Part shown: positions 28,422 to 36,683 of the stretch, piece by piece
Numbering within the stretch: the stretch's first letter is position 1
How the letters are laid out: each line of letters opens with the position of its first letter
Virus genome (UHGV): UHGV-0192709
Strand: one strand, 5' to 3'
DNA from: a virus
Length of the DNA stretch: 39,903 nt
The notes under the pieces: generated by a model
The model's input: only the letters and a program-made list of their open reading frames with translations
What the model was told of the DNA's origin: nothing
Databases searched by the model: none
Position numbers and translations under genes: made by a program

Positions 28422-29885
28422 ATGAAAAGAAGCAATCCACGAACTGAACTGGAAAAAGCGCTGCAGGACGCAGGATTTACAAAAACAGAATTTGCGGAAA
28501 AGATCGGCGTTAAATACGGAAGCGTTATGGGATGGTGCAGCGGAGAAGTAACTCCAAATGCAAAAAACATAATAAAAATAACGGAGGTACTTGGATTTTG
28601 TCCAATAGTGCAGCAAGCGCAAGAGGACGAAACGCCCATGAAAAAAGCGCTGCGGGAAGCGGGGATTACTCCGCGAGAATTCGCGAAAAAACTCGGAGTA
28701 ACCGACGATTCTGTTTATAATTGGCTGAATGAGAAGAAAGCGCCATCTTATAAATCTGCGAGAAAAATTGAAGAAATTCTCGGATTTTGCCCAATAGTGC
28801 GGCGAGTGCGAGAGCAAACGCAAGAGCAGGAGCAAGATGGAGAACCGCCCATAAAAAAAGCGCTGCGGGAAGCGGGGATTACTCCGAAAGAATTTGCGAA
28901 AAAACTCGGGACATACAGCAATGTGGTTTATGGCTGGATGAACGGGAAGAAAGCGCCGGGGTATAAATTTTCGGCAAAGATCGAAGAAATTCTCGGCTTT
29001 TTGCCGGAAGGGTGCCAGGTAAGCAAACACAAAAACGGAAAACCAACGGAAAGAGGGGAAATCCTCCGGAAAATGCGAACGGACGCGGGGCTAAGCTACA
29101 GCGAAATTGCGCGTAGGATCGGAAATACAACGAGTTTCTCGTCTGTATCCGTTGCGGAAAAGGACGCGAACGCATCCGTAAGTTTATATTTGATGAGACG
29201 TGTGGCAAAAGCGTGCGGCGTGTCCCTGGCAGACTATGGAATAGATGACAAGCCGAAAAAAGCGCTTAGATATGCGGAAATTGGCATTTTGGTTAAAAAA
29301 TGGCGCGAAGAAACAGCGGAATATAGCGTGCATGGAGGGCTAAAAAGAGCCAACGACGCTTTGGGGCTATCAAAAAGTTGTTTAGCTAGCATAGAGAGAG
29401 GAGCATCTATTCCGAGCAAGAAACTTATAGAACAAATGATAAAAATCTATGGATCGCCGCCGCCGGAACTTTGGGAAAAATTTGATGCGGCGAACGCGCT
29501 GAAGGGAAAGTGGATAAAAAGTGAAAAACGCACAAAAAAGAAAAGAAGCCTGCAAGATAAAATTTTATATCAATACAAAAAGGGAAGGAGCATAAGGACT
29601 ATTGGAAATAAAATTGGCATTGGCTGGCAGAAGGTAACAAAAATCCTTGTATCAAACGGTATTTGCCCGAATGAAACTTCTGCGGCTGTCCAGCGGCTAT
29701 CCAACCAGGGGAAAACAAAAGAAGAGATTTGCGAAGAGCTTAAAATAAGTAAAAAGGTTTACGACGCATACATGCCATATACAAAATGCGAATACCGGTC
29801 GGAAAACAGAACAAAAAATGCAATGGAAATTGAGAAGTGCAGGAAACGGAAAAAAGAAAGGGAGATGAAAAAAATAACAGATTGA
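28422..29885 (+). CDS. Low-GC multi-HTH protein (about 5 XRE-type plus 2 further HTH-like units), moron
   Basis: KKALREAGITP.EFAKKLG....VY.W.N.KKAP repeated three times; LRKMRTDAGLSYSEIARRIG; LGLSKSCLASIERG. GGGAGG RBS before ATG 28422. Confidence 0.82.
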   Translation: MKRSNPRTELEKALQDAGFTKTEFAEKIGVKYGSVMGWCSGEVTPNAKNIIKITEVLGFCPIVQQAQEDETPMKKALREAGITPREFAKKLGVTDDSVYNWLNEKKAPSYKSARKIEEILGFCPIVRRVREQTQEQEQDGEPPIKKALREAGITPKEFAKKLGTYSNVVYGWMNGKKAPGYKFSAKIEEILGFLPEGCQVSKHKNGKPTERGEILRKMRTDAGLSYSEIARRIGNTTSFSSVSVAEKDANASVSLYLMRRVAKACGVSLADYGIDDKPKKALRYAEIGILVKKWREETAEYSVHGGLKRANDALGLSKSCLASIERGASIPSKKLIEQMIKIYGSPPPELWEKFDAANALKGKWIKSEKRTKKKRSLQDKILYQYKKGRSIRTIGNKIGIGWQKVTKILVSNGICPNETSAAVQRLSNQGKTKEEICEELKISKKVYDAYMPYTKCEYRSENRTKNAMEIEKCRKRKKEREMKKITD

Positions 29886-29934
29886 CCCCTATTTGACCCC
29901 TATTTGGCCTGTATTTGGCCCCTATTTGACCCCT
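29882..29934 (+). repeat. Five 11-bp direct repeats (TTGACCCCTAT), probable regulator-binding array
   Basis: TTGACCCCTAT, TTGACCCCTAT, TTGGCCTGTAT, TTGGCCCCTAT, TTGACCCCT; the last unit merges into the terminator GACCCC-TCC-GGGGTC-T7, followed by TGcCAAAAT. Confidence 0.85.
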
Positions 29935-30011
29935 CCGGGGTCTTTTTTTATGCCAAAATTTAAGCCGTAGAGCGCGCTACAGATCAAAAAAAAGAAAGAG
30001 GGAAAAGAAGC

Positions 30012-30584
30012 ATGGATTATGTAGCCAAAAGGGGAACTACGGCGCTTGGTATCATCGGCACGGCGCTGGGCGGGCTGGCTGTGGCCGGAGGCCCGCTGCT
30101 TTCCGCCGCGATGAAGGGTAAAGAGCAGGCAGCGACTACCACAATCGTTGAATGCGCCGAAAATCAGCCTGTGAGCCGCTATGAGGCGGCCCAGGCCGCG
30201 CGAATTGCGGAGTTGGAGAGCGAGGTAAAGCTGCGCGACTCGAACGCCTACACCGACCAAAAAATGCTGGAACTGTATAAGTATGTAGACGGGCGTCTGC
30301 GCGAAGTGGAAGCGGAAAACGCGGCCCAGAAGGTGCAGAACCAGCGGACGCAGGATTCCTTTACCCTGGCCCAGGCCGATCTGGCGGCGGTAAAGGCGGA
30401 GCTCAAGGGGGATATCAAGATGGAGGCCGAGCGTCGCTGCTGCGCGGACAACGCTATCGTGACGTACACCAACGCCACCTTTTACCCCAAAATGGTCGCC
30501 GACGTTACCACCGGAACCAACACCACGGCGCAGAGCACCTACAACCCCATCCCCAACTGCGGCGGCTGCTGCAAAAACGGCTAA
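30012..30584 (+). CDS. Hypothetical protein with a Gly-rich hydrophobic N-terminus, coiled coil and Cys-rich C-terminus
   Basis: RBS present; GTTALGIIGTALGGLAV, RRCC, CGGCC. Confidence 0.8.
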   Translation: MDYVAKRGTTALGIIGTALGGLAVAGGPLLSAAMKGKEQAATTTIVECAENQPVSRYEAAQAARIAELESEVKLRDSNAYTDQKMLELYKYVDGRLREVEAENAAQKVQNQRTQDSFTLAQADLAAVKAELKGDIKMEAERRCCADNAIVTYTNATFYPKMVADVTTGTNTTAQSTYNPIPNCGGCCKNG

Positions 30585-30639
30585 ACGCGGTAAACGGCGG
30601 GCCCCATAAGGGGCCCGCTTAAGAAGGGGGATTGAATGC

Positions 30640-30993
30640 ATGGTAACGGCGGATCAGATCAAGGCGGGAATCGGCGATTATTTGCAACAAAAAATGATGC
30701 CGAAACTGGATAACCTGCGCCAATTTTTACTGGGGACAGTGTACGGCCTGGGTGCCGCAAAAATGGATGCGCTGCTAGAACAGGCGGCGAAAACCCCCAT
30801 GCTTCGCGCGCTGGGCGTGATCCGGGATAACGGGGAGATTGACCTGGGAACGCTTTTCGAGGCGGCGCATGCGCAGCTAAAAGCGCAAGGGAAGCTATCT
30901 ATTGATATCCCATTTATGGGCACATTTGCCTTTGACGAGCAGGATTTGCGCGACTTGTACCAGGCCATTAACGGACAGGAAAGGAAGGAATAA
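30640..30993 (+). CDS. Hypothetical protein
   Basis: RBS present; co-oriented with its operon neighbours. Confidence 0.78.
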   Translation: MVTADQIKAGIGDYLQQKMMPKLDNLRQFLLGTVYGLGAAKMDALLEQAAKTPMLRALGVIRDNGEIDLGTLFEAAHAQLKAQGKLSIDIPFMGTFAFDEQDLRDLYQAINGQERKE

Positions 30994-30995
30994 AA

Positions 30996-31304
30996 ATGAA
31001 AGAGCTAAAAGAAATCATCCGGGACATTGCAGCGGAGCTTGAATGCGCTGAGGGCTACGCCAAGGAGGCCGTAAAGCACAAGCACGAATACCCGGAATTA
31101 GCGTCGGTATACGTCCAGATCGCCAAGGACGATATGGGCCACGCGGACGCGCTGCACAAGCAGGCATTGGCCATGATCGAGGAAAAAAAGCGGGAGGGGG
31201 CAGAGGCACCCGCATCCATGAAAGCAATTTGGGAGTACGAGCACGAGCGCCAGATCGAGGACGCGGCCAACGTGCGGCGGCTGCTGGATATGTATCGGAT
31301 ATAA
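30996..31304 (+). CDS. Ferritin-like four-helix protein (putative)
   Basis: ELECAEGY, DDMGHA and YEHE acidic/His pattern. Confidence 0.65.
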   Translation: MKELKEIIRDIAAELECAEGYAKEAVKHKHEYPELASVYVQIAKDDMGHADALHKQALAMIEEKKREGAEAPASMKAIWEYEHERQIEDAANVRRLLDMYRI

Positions 31305-31339
31305 AAAAACAGGGCGCAGAAAATGCGCCTTGTTTTTTT
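31303..31339. terminator. Bidirectional rho-independent terminator
   Basis: AAAAAAACAGGGCGCA-GAAAA-TGCGCCTTGTTTTTTT between convergent genes. Confidence 0.85.
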
Positions 31340-31413
31340 ACAATGAATGTAGTATGATTCGAAGAAAATGAGGCTGGGGGTTTAGTGACACTATGGGGTA
31401 AACAATTCATTGT
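31340..31413. other. Candidate attP region
   Basis: Adjacent to the integrase 3' end; bounded by the inverted 9-mers ACAATGAAT/ATTCATTGT. Confidence 0.35.
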
Positions 31414-32957
31414 TTACTCGGAGGTGTCACCAAAGGATACAAGGATAAAGTGATATGTTCGGTGGCGGATTCGTTGCGCTTACAGGCGTGGGTTTTGGCG
31501 TAGTCGATACGAAAGAGGACGGAGCGGAGGAGGGCGTTTTGCTCCTGGGGCGTGGAGGCGTGGGGCCAAGCGTCCAGGACGGCGCGGACGCGGGGAAGGA
31601 TGGCGCGGATAGCATCCTCGGTGGTAAGCGGGGACGCGGAGGCGCGAAGGCGCTGCAATTCGGCCTCGGCGGAGGAAATCTTTTGCATGATAACGTGCTT
31701 GCGGGAGAGATACTCGTCGATGGAGTAAACCTCTCTTTCCAGCATGGACTGGGCGACGGCAAGCTGGCGGCGGGCGGAATCAAGGGTGCTTTGGGCGATG
31801 GCGGCTGCATCGGACGCGGGAGCGGGCGCGGCGGGAGCCGGGGCGGGGGAATCGCCGAAGGCCAGCACCCAGCCGCGAAGCGCGTCCAGCACCAAATCAA
31901 CGACGGCGGAATAAGGCGCGCTGGAGCAGGGGCAGCCGGGCGTGCGGCAGGCGCAAAAGGTGACGCGGCGCGAGTGGGGCCGCCGGATCATGGCCTTGCC
32001 GCAGAGGGCGCACTTGATGAGCCCGGCGAGCGGGGATTGAATGGCATTGCTTGTGCCCCGGGGGCGGGTGAGATTCTGATCGGCGATTTCGGCCACGCGG
32101 GAGAATTCGGCCTCGGTGACGATGGGCTCGTGGAGGCCCTTGGCGCGGATATAGCGCTCCGATACGGGGCGCGTTTTTATTTTGCGCCCGTCGATGATGG
32201 CGGGGCGCTGTTCGCGCTGATACCACTGCACAAACCCGGCGTAGACGGGGCTAAAGAGCATATGGCGGACGGAGCCGGAATCCCAGATATTGCCGTTATA
32301 GGTGCGGCTGCCCAGGGCGTTTAATCGGTTGGCGATTTCGGACGCGCCCGCCTGGCCGGAAAGATACCAATCAAAGGCCTGGCGGACGATGCGCGCCTCG
32401 TCGGGGATTTGCTGGAGGGTGTAGCCCTTATTCCCCTTGATTTTAACCACCTGGTAGCCAAAGGGGCGCTTGCCGCCCACATAATGGCCCTCGCGGACGG
32501 AGGCGGCGCGGCCCGCCTGCATGCGGCGGCGCATGACCTTATATTCCTGGCGGGACAAAAACAGGGACATTTCCAGGGCGGTCTCGTCAAAATCATTTTC
32601 GGGGTTGTAGACCTGGCCGGGATACACGATGATTTTTGCCCGGGCGTATTTAAAGGTTTGCATGACGATGCCCTGATCGATGGAATCGCCCCGGGCGAGG
32701 CGGGAAATCTCGGTGCAGACGCAGCCCTCGTATTTGCCATCCTGAATATTTTGGAGCATGCGCTGGATTTCGGGGCGGGCGGCGATGGTATCGCCGGAGA
32801 CGATTTCGCGGAAAACGCCCTCCGGCGCGAGATCGAGCTGCATACGGGCGCACATCTCCAGCAGCATTTTCTCATGGCGCAGGAGCGTTTCGCCCTCGCC
32901 GTGGGCCTCCGCCTCCAGATCCTGGCGGGATTTGCGGAGATACATACAATAAGCCAT
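31407..32957 (-). CDS. int: Large serine recombinase (integrase)
   Basis: YLRKSR catalytic motif, SGDTIAARP, SRLARG, recombinase domain PFGY, zinc ribbon GLIKCALCG, coiled coil. Confidence 0.96.
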   Translation of the reverse strand: MAYCMYLRKSRQDLEAEAHGEGETLLRHEKMLLEMCARMQLDLAPEGVFREIVSGDTIAARPEIQRMLQNIQDGKYEGCVCTEISRLARGDSIDQGIVMQTFKYARAKIIVYPGQVYNPENDFDETALEMSLFLSRQEYKVMRRRMQAGRAASVREGHYVGGKRPFGYQVVKIKGNKGYTLQQIPDEARIVRQAFDWYLSGQAGASEIANRLNALGSRTYNGNIWDSGSVRHMLFSPVYAGFVQWYQREQRPAIIDGRKIKTRPVSERYIRAKGLHEPIVTEAEFSRVAEIADQNLTRPRGTSNAIQSPLAGLIKCALCGKAMIRRPHSRRVTFCACRTPGCPCSSAPYSAVVDLVLDALRGWVLAFGDSPAPAPAAPAPASDAAAIAQSTLDSARRQLAVAQSMLEREVYSIDEYLSRKHVIMQKISSAEAELQRLRASASPLTTEDAIRAILPRVRAVLDAWPHASTPQEQNALLRSVLFRIDYAKTHACKRNESATEHITLSLYPLVTPPSKQ

Positions 32958-32962
32958 GCGGA

Positions 32963-33466
32963 TTACCCCTTTCGCAGAAAAAGAGCGCCTTCGCGGGGGG
33001 CGATATCGACCACGCGATACAAAAAGCCATAGCTGGAATCCAACAAATCAATGGCGGCGAGCGCGCCCAGAAGCAAAACAAGCAGACCGATTAAAAAATT
33101 GCGGATGGAAAGGCAACGGCGGAGCTTTTCCAGGCGCGCGTCCTTTTCGGCGGAGGCCGTTTGCAGAAAGGTAATTTGATCCTTTAAATAAACGATGGAG
33201 GTATCCTGCCGATCGATGGTATCCTGCGCGTTGGGCGGGGAGGCGGGATGGGTGAAATCGATACCGGCCATTTCGTCCAGAGAGCCGTTGGCGGCCAGGA
33301 CCAGCGCGGCCACGGCGGGAAGGGGCGGGGAATAAATGGAGCCGGAGAGAAGGCGCGAAACGGTGTAGGCGGGAACGCCGGAGGCCTCGGCCCATTGCTG
33401 CTGGGAGAGGCCGCTGCGGCGCTGGAGATACTGCAAATAGATGGAAACATCGGCGGAGGTCAGCAT
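32963..33466 (-). CDS. XRE-HTH protein with a C-terminal transmembrane helix
   Basis: GLSQQQWAEASGVPAYTVSRLLSG; FLIGLLVLLLGALAAIDL; AAAGGGG RBS before MLTS. Confidence 0.78.
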   Translation of the reverse strand: MLTSADVSIYLQYLQRRSGLSQQQWAEASGVPAYTVSRLLSGSIYSPPLPAVAALVLAANGSLDEMAGIDFTHPASPPNAQDTIDRQDTSIVYLKDQITFLQTASAEKDARLEKLRRCLSIRNFLIGLLVLLLGALAAIDLLDSSYGFLYRVVDIAPREGALFLRKG

Positions 33467-33700
33467 AAAAATCGCCCCTTTGCAAATTTGCATGGATTAT
33501 TGCGAAAATATCGCCGTTTTTGCTTTTCTGTGGGTTGTCTTGCGCCGGGATTTGTGCAAGGATGGAAGAGACAAAAAAAGAAAAAGGAGGCCCCGGAAAT
33601 GCCGCGAAGGAATCACCCGCGCAGGCGACCGCCCAGAACCCCCAGGACGAAGAAGGAAATTTATGACGATCGGAAGCAAGCTGCGCTGGAGGAATGAGAA

Positions 33701-34015
33701 TCAGGAATCACGAAAACAGCGGCGGAGATACCAGCGGTTAATCAGGGGCATAACGAGCTTGAGAATTGCGCAGCAGACGACGAAAACGACAACCCAGGAG
33801 GGGAAGGCGACGGTGAACACCCGGTAAAGCGCGAAGCCCCAGGCGATCCACCAAAGCAAGCGGATATAGCCAATGAGCGTGCTGGAAAAGAAGGTAAGGA
33901 TGAGCGCCGCAAGGAAGAGGGCCGGGCCTACCCAGAAGGGCCACTCCAAGGCAATGCAGGGCGGGATGAAATCCAGCGAAAGAAAGAGCATGGAAAACCA
34001 AAGGGGATAAACCAT
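33701..34015 (-). CDS. Small multi-TM membrane protein (immunity region)
   Basis: Three to four hydrophobic segments; AAGGTGG RBS before MVYP. Confidence 0.65.
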   Translation of the reverse strand: MVYPLWFSMLFLSLDFIPPCIALEWPFWVGPALFLAALILTFFSSTLIGYIRLLWWIAWGFALYRVFTVAFPSWVVVFVVCCAILKLVMPLINRWYLRRCFRDS

Positions 34016-34124
34016 ATGAAAACCACCTTTCGAATAACTTTCACTTATCATACCAGAGTATGGCATGAAAGTAAATCGCTAAATTGGGATTGAAATATAC
34101 AAACAGGAAAAGGAGGAGCAAGAC

Positions 34125-34253
34125 ATGAAGCGGGAAGCGACGGCGGAGGAATTTCGGCGGTGGATTAAAAGAATGCTGGAGGAGGAGGGGAACACGGCCC
34201 TGCTGCACAGGATATACAATCTGCTGACAATGAGCCTGGCAAGGCGGGCATAA
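34125..34253 (+). CDS. 42-aa helical protein convergent with the repressor
   Basis: AGGAGGAG RBS; MKREATAEEFRRWIKRMLEEEGNTALLHRIYNLL...; below the ORF-track size cut-off. Confidence 0.6.
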   Translation: MKREATAEEFRRWIKRMLEEEGNTALLHRIYNLLTMSLARRA

Positions 34254-34294
34254 AAAAAGAGAGGGGGGCGATTATTCGCCCCCTTCTTTTTTTT
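34252..34294. terminator. Bidirectional terminator overlapping the repressor stop codon
   Basis: A-run, GGGGGCGA/TCGCCCCC stem, T-run. Confidence 0.7.
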
Positions 34295-34664
34295 CGTCCT
34301 CTTCCTTCAGCTGCCGGGCTGCGACGCGAATCATTTCCCGGAATTTTTCCCAGGCGTGATCATCCAGCACGCGGCAGGCTGCGGCCACGATGATTTTCGC
34401 AATCCTGCTTTGATTGAACATCAGCCGATCCAGTTCATCCTCAAGGCTTTCGGACTGGATAAAGGGCCCGAGGCCGTCCCCGTATTTCAGCCAGTTGTAA
34501 TCCACATTGTAGGTGGTGCAGATCAGCTTCAGGATTGCGTCGGACGGCGCGTGAATTCCCTTTTCATAGCCGGTGATCGCTCCTTGAGATAAACCGACTT
34601 TTTGCCCGAATTCGGTTTGATTGAGACCGAGTCGCTTTCTGATCTCTCTAATTCGATCTTTCAT
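34272..34664 (-). CDS. CI-like XRE repressor
   Basis: RIREIRKRLGLNQTEFGQKVGLSQGAITGYEKG...WLKYG; divergent from the early operon; AAGGAGG RBS. Confidence 0.9.
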   Translation of the reverse strand: MKDRIREIRKRLGLNQTEFGQKVGLSQGAITGYEKGIHAPSDAILKLICTTYNVDYNWLKYGDGLGPFIQSESLEDELDRLMFNQSRIAKIIVAAACRVLDDHAWEKFREMIRVAARQLKEEDEKKEGGE

Positions 34665-34703
34665 TGCTGTCCTCCTTAAAGGTGTTTTCTACGGCGCGTT
34701 TGT

Positions 34704-34796
34704 ATTATAACTCAAAAAATACGGAGACGCAATAAAATTTTAGAAAAAGTATTGACAAAAATACTGAGGTCAAGTAAAATAATACTGCAACGCATT
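34704..34796. promoter_or_regulatory. Divergent lysogeny-switch promoters with candidate operators
   Basis: Leftward TTGCGT-17-TATAAT (34732-34704); rightward TTGACA-17-TAAAAT (34752-34780); repeats AATACGGAGACGCAAT, AATACTGAGGTCAAGT, AATACTGCAACGCATT. Confidence 0.8.
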
Positions 34797-34825
34797 AAAA
34801 CAAATCGAAAGGAGGCGGGGGGTTA

Positions 34826-34969
34826 GTGGAAAAGATCAAAAAGGCGCTGAAGCCAGGAGCGAAGGGCCTCCCTGCGGGAAGCTTCCTGCTGACGCTGAAG
34901 CGCGACGCGCTGATTTTCTTTCTGGCGGGCGCGATTATCAGCCTCCTGAAGGGACTGAAGGGCGGATGA
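34826..34969 (+). CDS. 47-aa putative membrane peptide, first early gene
   Basis: AAAGGAGG RBS, GTG start, LIFFLAGAIISLL segment. Confidence 0.45.
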   Translation: MEKIKKALKPGAKGLPAGSFLLTLKRDALIFFLAGAIISLLKGLKGG

Positions 34970-35038
34970 TTCCCGCGCCTGGTGGATTCATGGGAAAATC
35001 ACCTCGAAGAGATTATAACACGGAAGGGAGAAAAAACA

Positions 35039-35170
35039 ATGAGCAAAGAAGTGGAGCAGATCATTAAGGAATTCAGCGCGCTGCCGGAGAGCAAGGAGAA
35101 ATACATTCTGCTGGGGCAGCTGAAAAGCATGGTGGAGGCGGAGCAGCTGGAGAAAGGCGAAAAGGCGTAA
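35039..35170 (+). CDS. 43-aa helical protein (cassette 1, X1)
   Basis: AAGGGAG RBS; MSKEVEQIIKEFSALPESKEKYILLG... Confidence 0.65.
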   Translation: MSKEVEQIIKEFSALPESKEKYILLGQLKSMVEAEQLEKGEKA

Positions 35171-35187
35171 AAAGAGGAGGGGGAGCC

Positions 35188-35328
35188 GTGGACAGCATTC
35201 AAACGACAATCCGCCTCCCCGAGGCGCTGATGGACGCGCTGCGCGAGGAGGCGGAGAGGCGGGGAAAATCACGAAATTACGTGATTATTACCCTTCTTCG
35301 GCGGTGGCTGAGGGAATATCGATCTTGA
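35188..35328 (+). CDS. Ribbon-helix-helix (Arc/CopG-like) protein a1
   Basis: GAGGAGG RBS, GTG start; QTTIRLPEALMDALREEAERRGKSRNYVII.LL; not in the ORF track. Confidence 0.75.
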   Translation: MDSIQTTIRLPEALMDALREEAERRGKSRNYVIITLLRRWLREYRS

Positions 35329-35485
35329 TTGCGCCGTTTTCCGCCTCGTAAGCGGCTACCAGCTTGCGCAGGGCGCGCTCGATCTCCTTGTTGGTGGAGC
35401 GATCGTTTTCTTGGGCGATATGCGCCACCTTCGCCAGGAGGATGGGATCAATGCGCAAGGTGTAACGGGGCATTTCGGATGGCAT
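35288..35485 (-). CDS. Arc-like RHH repressor b1
   Basis: RYTLRID..LLAKVAHIAQENDRSTNKEIE. Confidence 0.85.
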   Translation of the reverse strand: MPSEMPRYTLRIDPILLAKVAHIAQENDRSTNKEIERALRKLVAAYEAENGAIKIDIPSATAEEG

Positions 35486-35550
35486 AGGATTTTTCCCCTT
35501 TCGTCGTTATGACGCCATTATACCGCCGAAAGAAAATTTATGCCATAGTA

Positions 35551-35603
35551 TTGACATCACCATTTCGTCACTTTATAATAAATGCGAGGTGACGAAAAGG
35601 TGA
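35551..35603 (+). promoter_or_regulatory. Perfect promoter TTGACA-17-TATAAT with inverted operators
   Basis: -35 at 35551-35556, -10 at 35574-35579; TCACCATTTCGTCAC (35557-35571) vs GTGACGAAAAGGTGA (35589-35603), 14/15 inverted match. Confidence 0.85.
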
Positions 35604-35758
35604 CGCAAATAAAACGATGCACACTAAGGATTCCGAAGAAGCTGCACGACGAATTGCAGGCTATTGCGAAAGAGGGCGCGTGGACGTTTAACGGCCTGGT
35701 GAAGCGAATCCTCTGTGAGTGGCTGGAGGAACAGGAGGCGAAGCGGCATGAGGGATGA
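35600..35758 (+). CDS. RHH protein c1
   Basis: GAGGTGA RBS, GTG start; RCTLRIPKKLHDELQAIAKEGAWTFNGLVKRILCEWL; not in the ORF track. Confidence 0.75.
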   Translation: MTQIKRCTLRIPKKLHDELQAIAKEGAWTFNGLVKRILCEWLEEQEAKRHEG

Positions 35759-35894
35759 GCTGACGGCGGCGGAGGCGGCGGCGGTGGAAAAGCTGCTGCG
35801 GGCGCTGGAGGCGCTGCCGCTGGGAAGCAGGGACTACCTGCGGGGATACTGCGAGGGCGTGATTGCCGCGCGGCAGGCCCAGGAGGCAAAATAA
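35748..35894 (+). CDS. 48-aa helical protein (cassette 2, X2)
   Basis: AGGAGG RBS; MRDELTAAEAAAVEKLLRALEALPLGSRDYLRGYCEG... Confidence 0.65.
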   Translation: MRDELTAAEAAAVEKLLRALEALPLGSRDYLRGYCEGVIAARQAQEAK

Positions 35895-35936
35895 AAGCCC
35901 CTGATCGGGGCGCGACGGGAGAAAGGAGCGGGAGCC

Positions 35937-36074
35937 ATGGAAAAGGCGCAAATAACGCTGCGCCTGCCGCTGGAACTGCTGGAACAGCTTCGGCAACAGG
36001 CGCAGGAAATGGGCATCAGTACGAATCAATTGCTTACGAATTTAATTCTTCGAGGGCTTCATCGGGAATCTTGA
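35937..36074 (+). CDS. RHH protein a2
   Basis: AAAGGAG RBS; QITLRLPLELLEQLRQQAQEMGISTNQLL; not in the ORF track. Confidence 0.75.
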   Translation: MEKAQITLRLPLELLEQLRQQAQEMGISTNQLLTNLILRGLHRES

Positions 36075-36231
36075 TTTCGCCGTGCTTCGCTTCATAGCGG
36101 GCAATGTATTCCGCCATAGCGTGCTCGATCTCCATGGCGATGGAGCGGCGCTCGGCGTAGGCCAGAAAGCGCATTTTTTCATAGGTTTTATCCTGGACGC
36201 GGAGGGTGAACTGGCGTTTATCGGTAGCCAT
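36034..36231 (-). CDS. Arc-like RHH repressor b2
   Basis: RQFTLRVQDKTYEKMRFLAYAERRSIAMEIE; AAAGGAG RBS. Confidence 0.85.
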   Translation of the reverse strand: MATDKRQFTLRVQDKTYEKMRFLAYAERRSIAMEIEHAMAEYIARYEAKHGEIKIPDEALEELNS

Positions 36232-36255
36232 GATGCAAAACTCCTTTCAGTCATT

Positions 36256-36352
36256 ATGAATTCATGATACGAAATTTGGAAAAGAATTTCAAGATTCATA
36301 TTGACTTCGGTGAATCCACGTGCTATATTTAAGGAGAATCCAGTGAATTCAC
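36256..36352 (+). promoter_or_regulatory. Promoter TTGACT-17-TATATT with palindromic RTGAATYCAY operators
   Basis: -35 at 36301-36306, -10 at 36324-36329; ATGAATTCAT 36256, GTGAATCCAC 36310, GTGAATTCAC 36343. Confidence 0.78.
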
Positions 36353-36365
36353 TTAGGAGGCGAGC

Positions 36366-36623
36366 ATGATAAAAACATTCACTTTGCGTTACCCGGAAGA
36401 AATGAGAAACCGTCTTATGGCACAGGTTGGGCGGCGTGGCGGAACGCTGAACGGACTATTGCTGACAATCCTTTGGGAGTGGCTGGCGGAACAGGAGGCG
36501 AGGGAAAATGGAAACGATGTGGCTCACGGCGGTTGCGGCGATACTTATAGCCCTGGATGTGGTGTGGGCGGGCAGGCAGAAAGCGAAAATGGAAAGGATG
36601 AAGGAGCGGCTGGCGGAGCTTGA
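36366..36623 (+). CDS. RHH protein c2
   Basis: AGGAGG RBS; KTFTLRYPEEMRNRLMAQVGRRGGTLNGLLLTILWEWL, similar to c1. Confidence 0.75.
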   Translation: MIKTFTLRYPEEMRNRLMAQVGRRGGTLNGLLLTILWEWLAEQEARENGNDVAHGGCGDTYSPGCGVGGQAESENGKDEGAAGGA

Positions 36624-36636
36624 AAAGGAGGAATAA
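36508..36636 (+). CDS. 42-aa single-TM peptide
   Basis: METMWLTAVAAILIALDVVWAGRQKAKMERMKERLAELEKEE; RBS present; overlaps the c2 tail. Confidence 0.55.
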   Translation: METMWLTAVAAILIALDVVWAGRQKAKMERMKERLAELEKEE

Positions 36637-36683
36637 GGGCGGGCGCGGGGCGCATACCGTGGTGGGCGAAGGGGGCGAGGAGC

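Noticed and set aside
29882..29934. 11-bp repeats as replication iterons
   Set aside because: Far from the replication genes, with no AT-rich unwinding element, and positioned like operators upstream of an operon.
33599..33697. 32-aa Arg/Pro-rich peptide with an AAGGAGG RBS
   Set aside because: Plausible but too short and featureless to support without conservation data.
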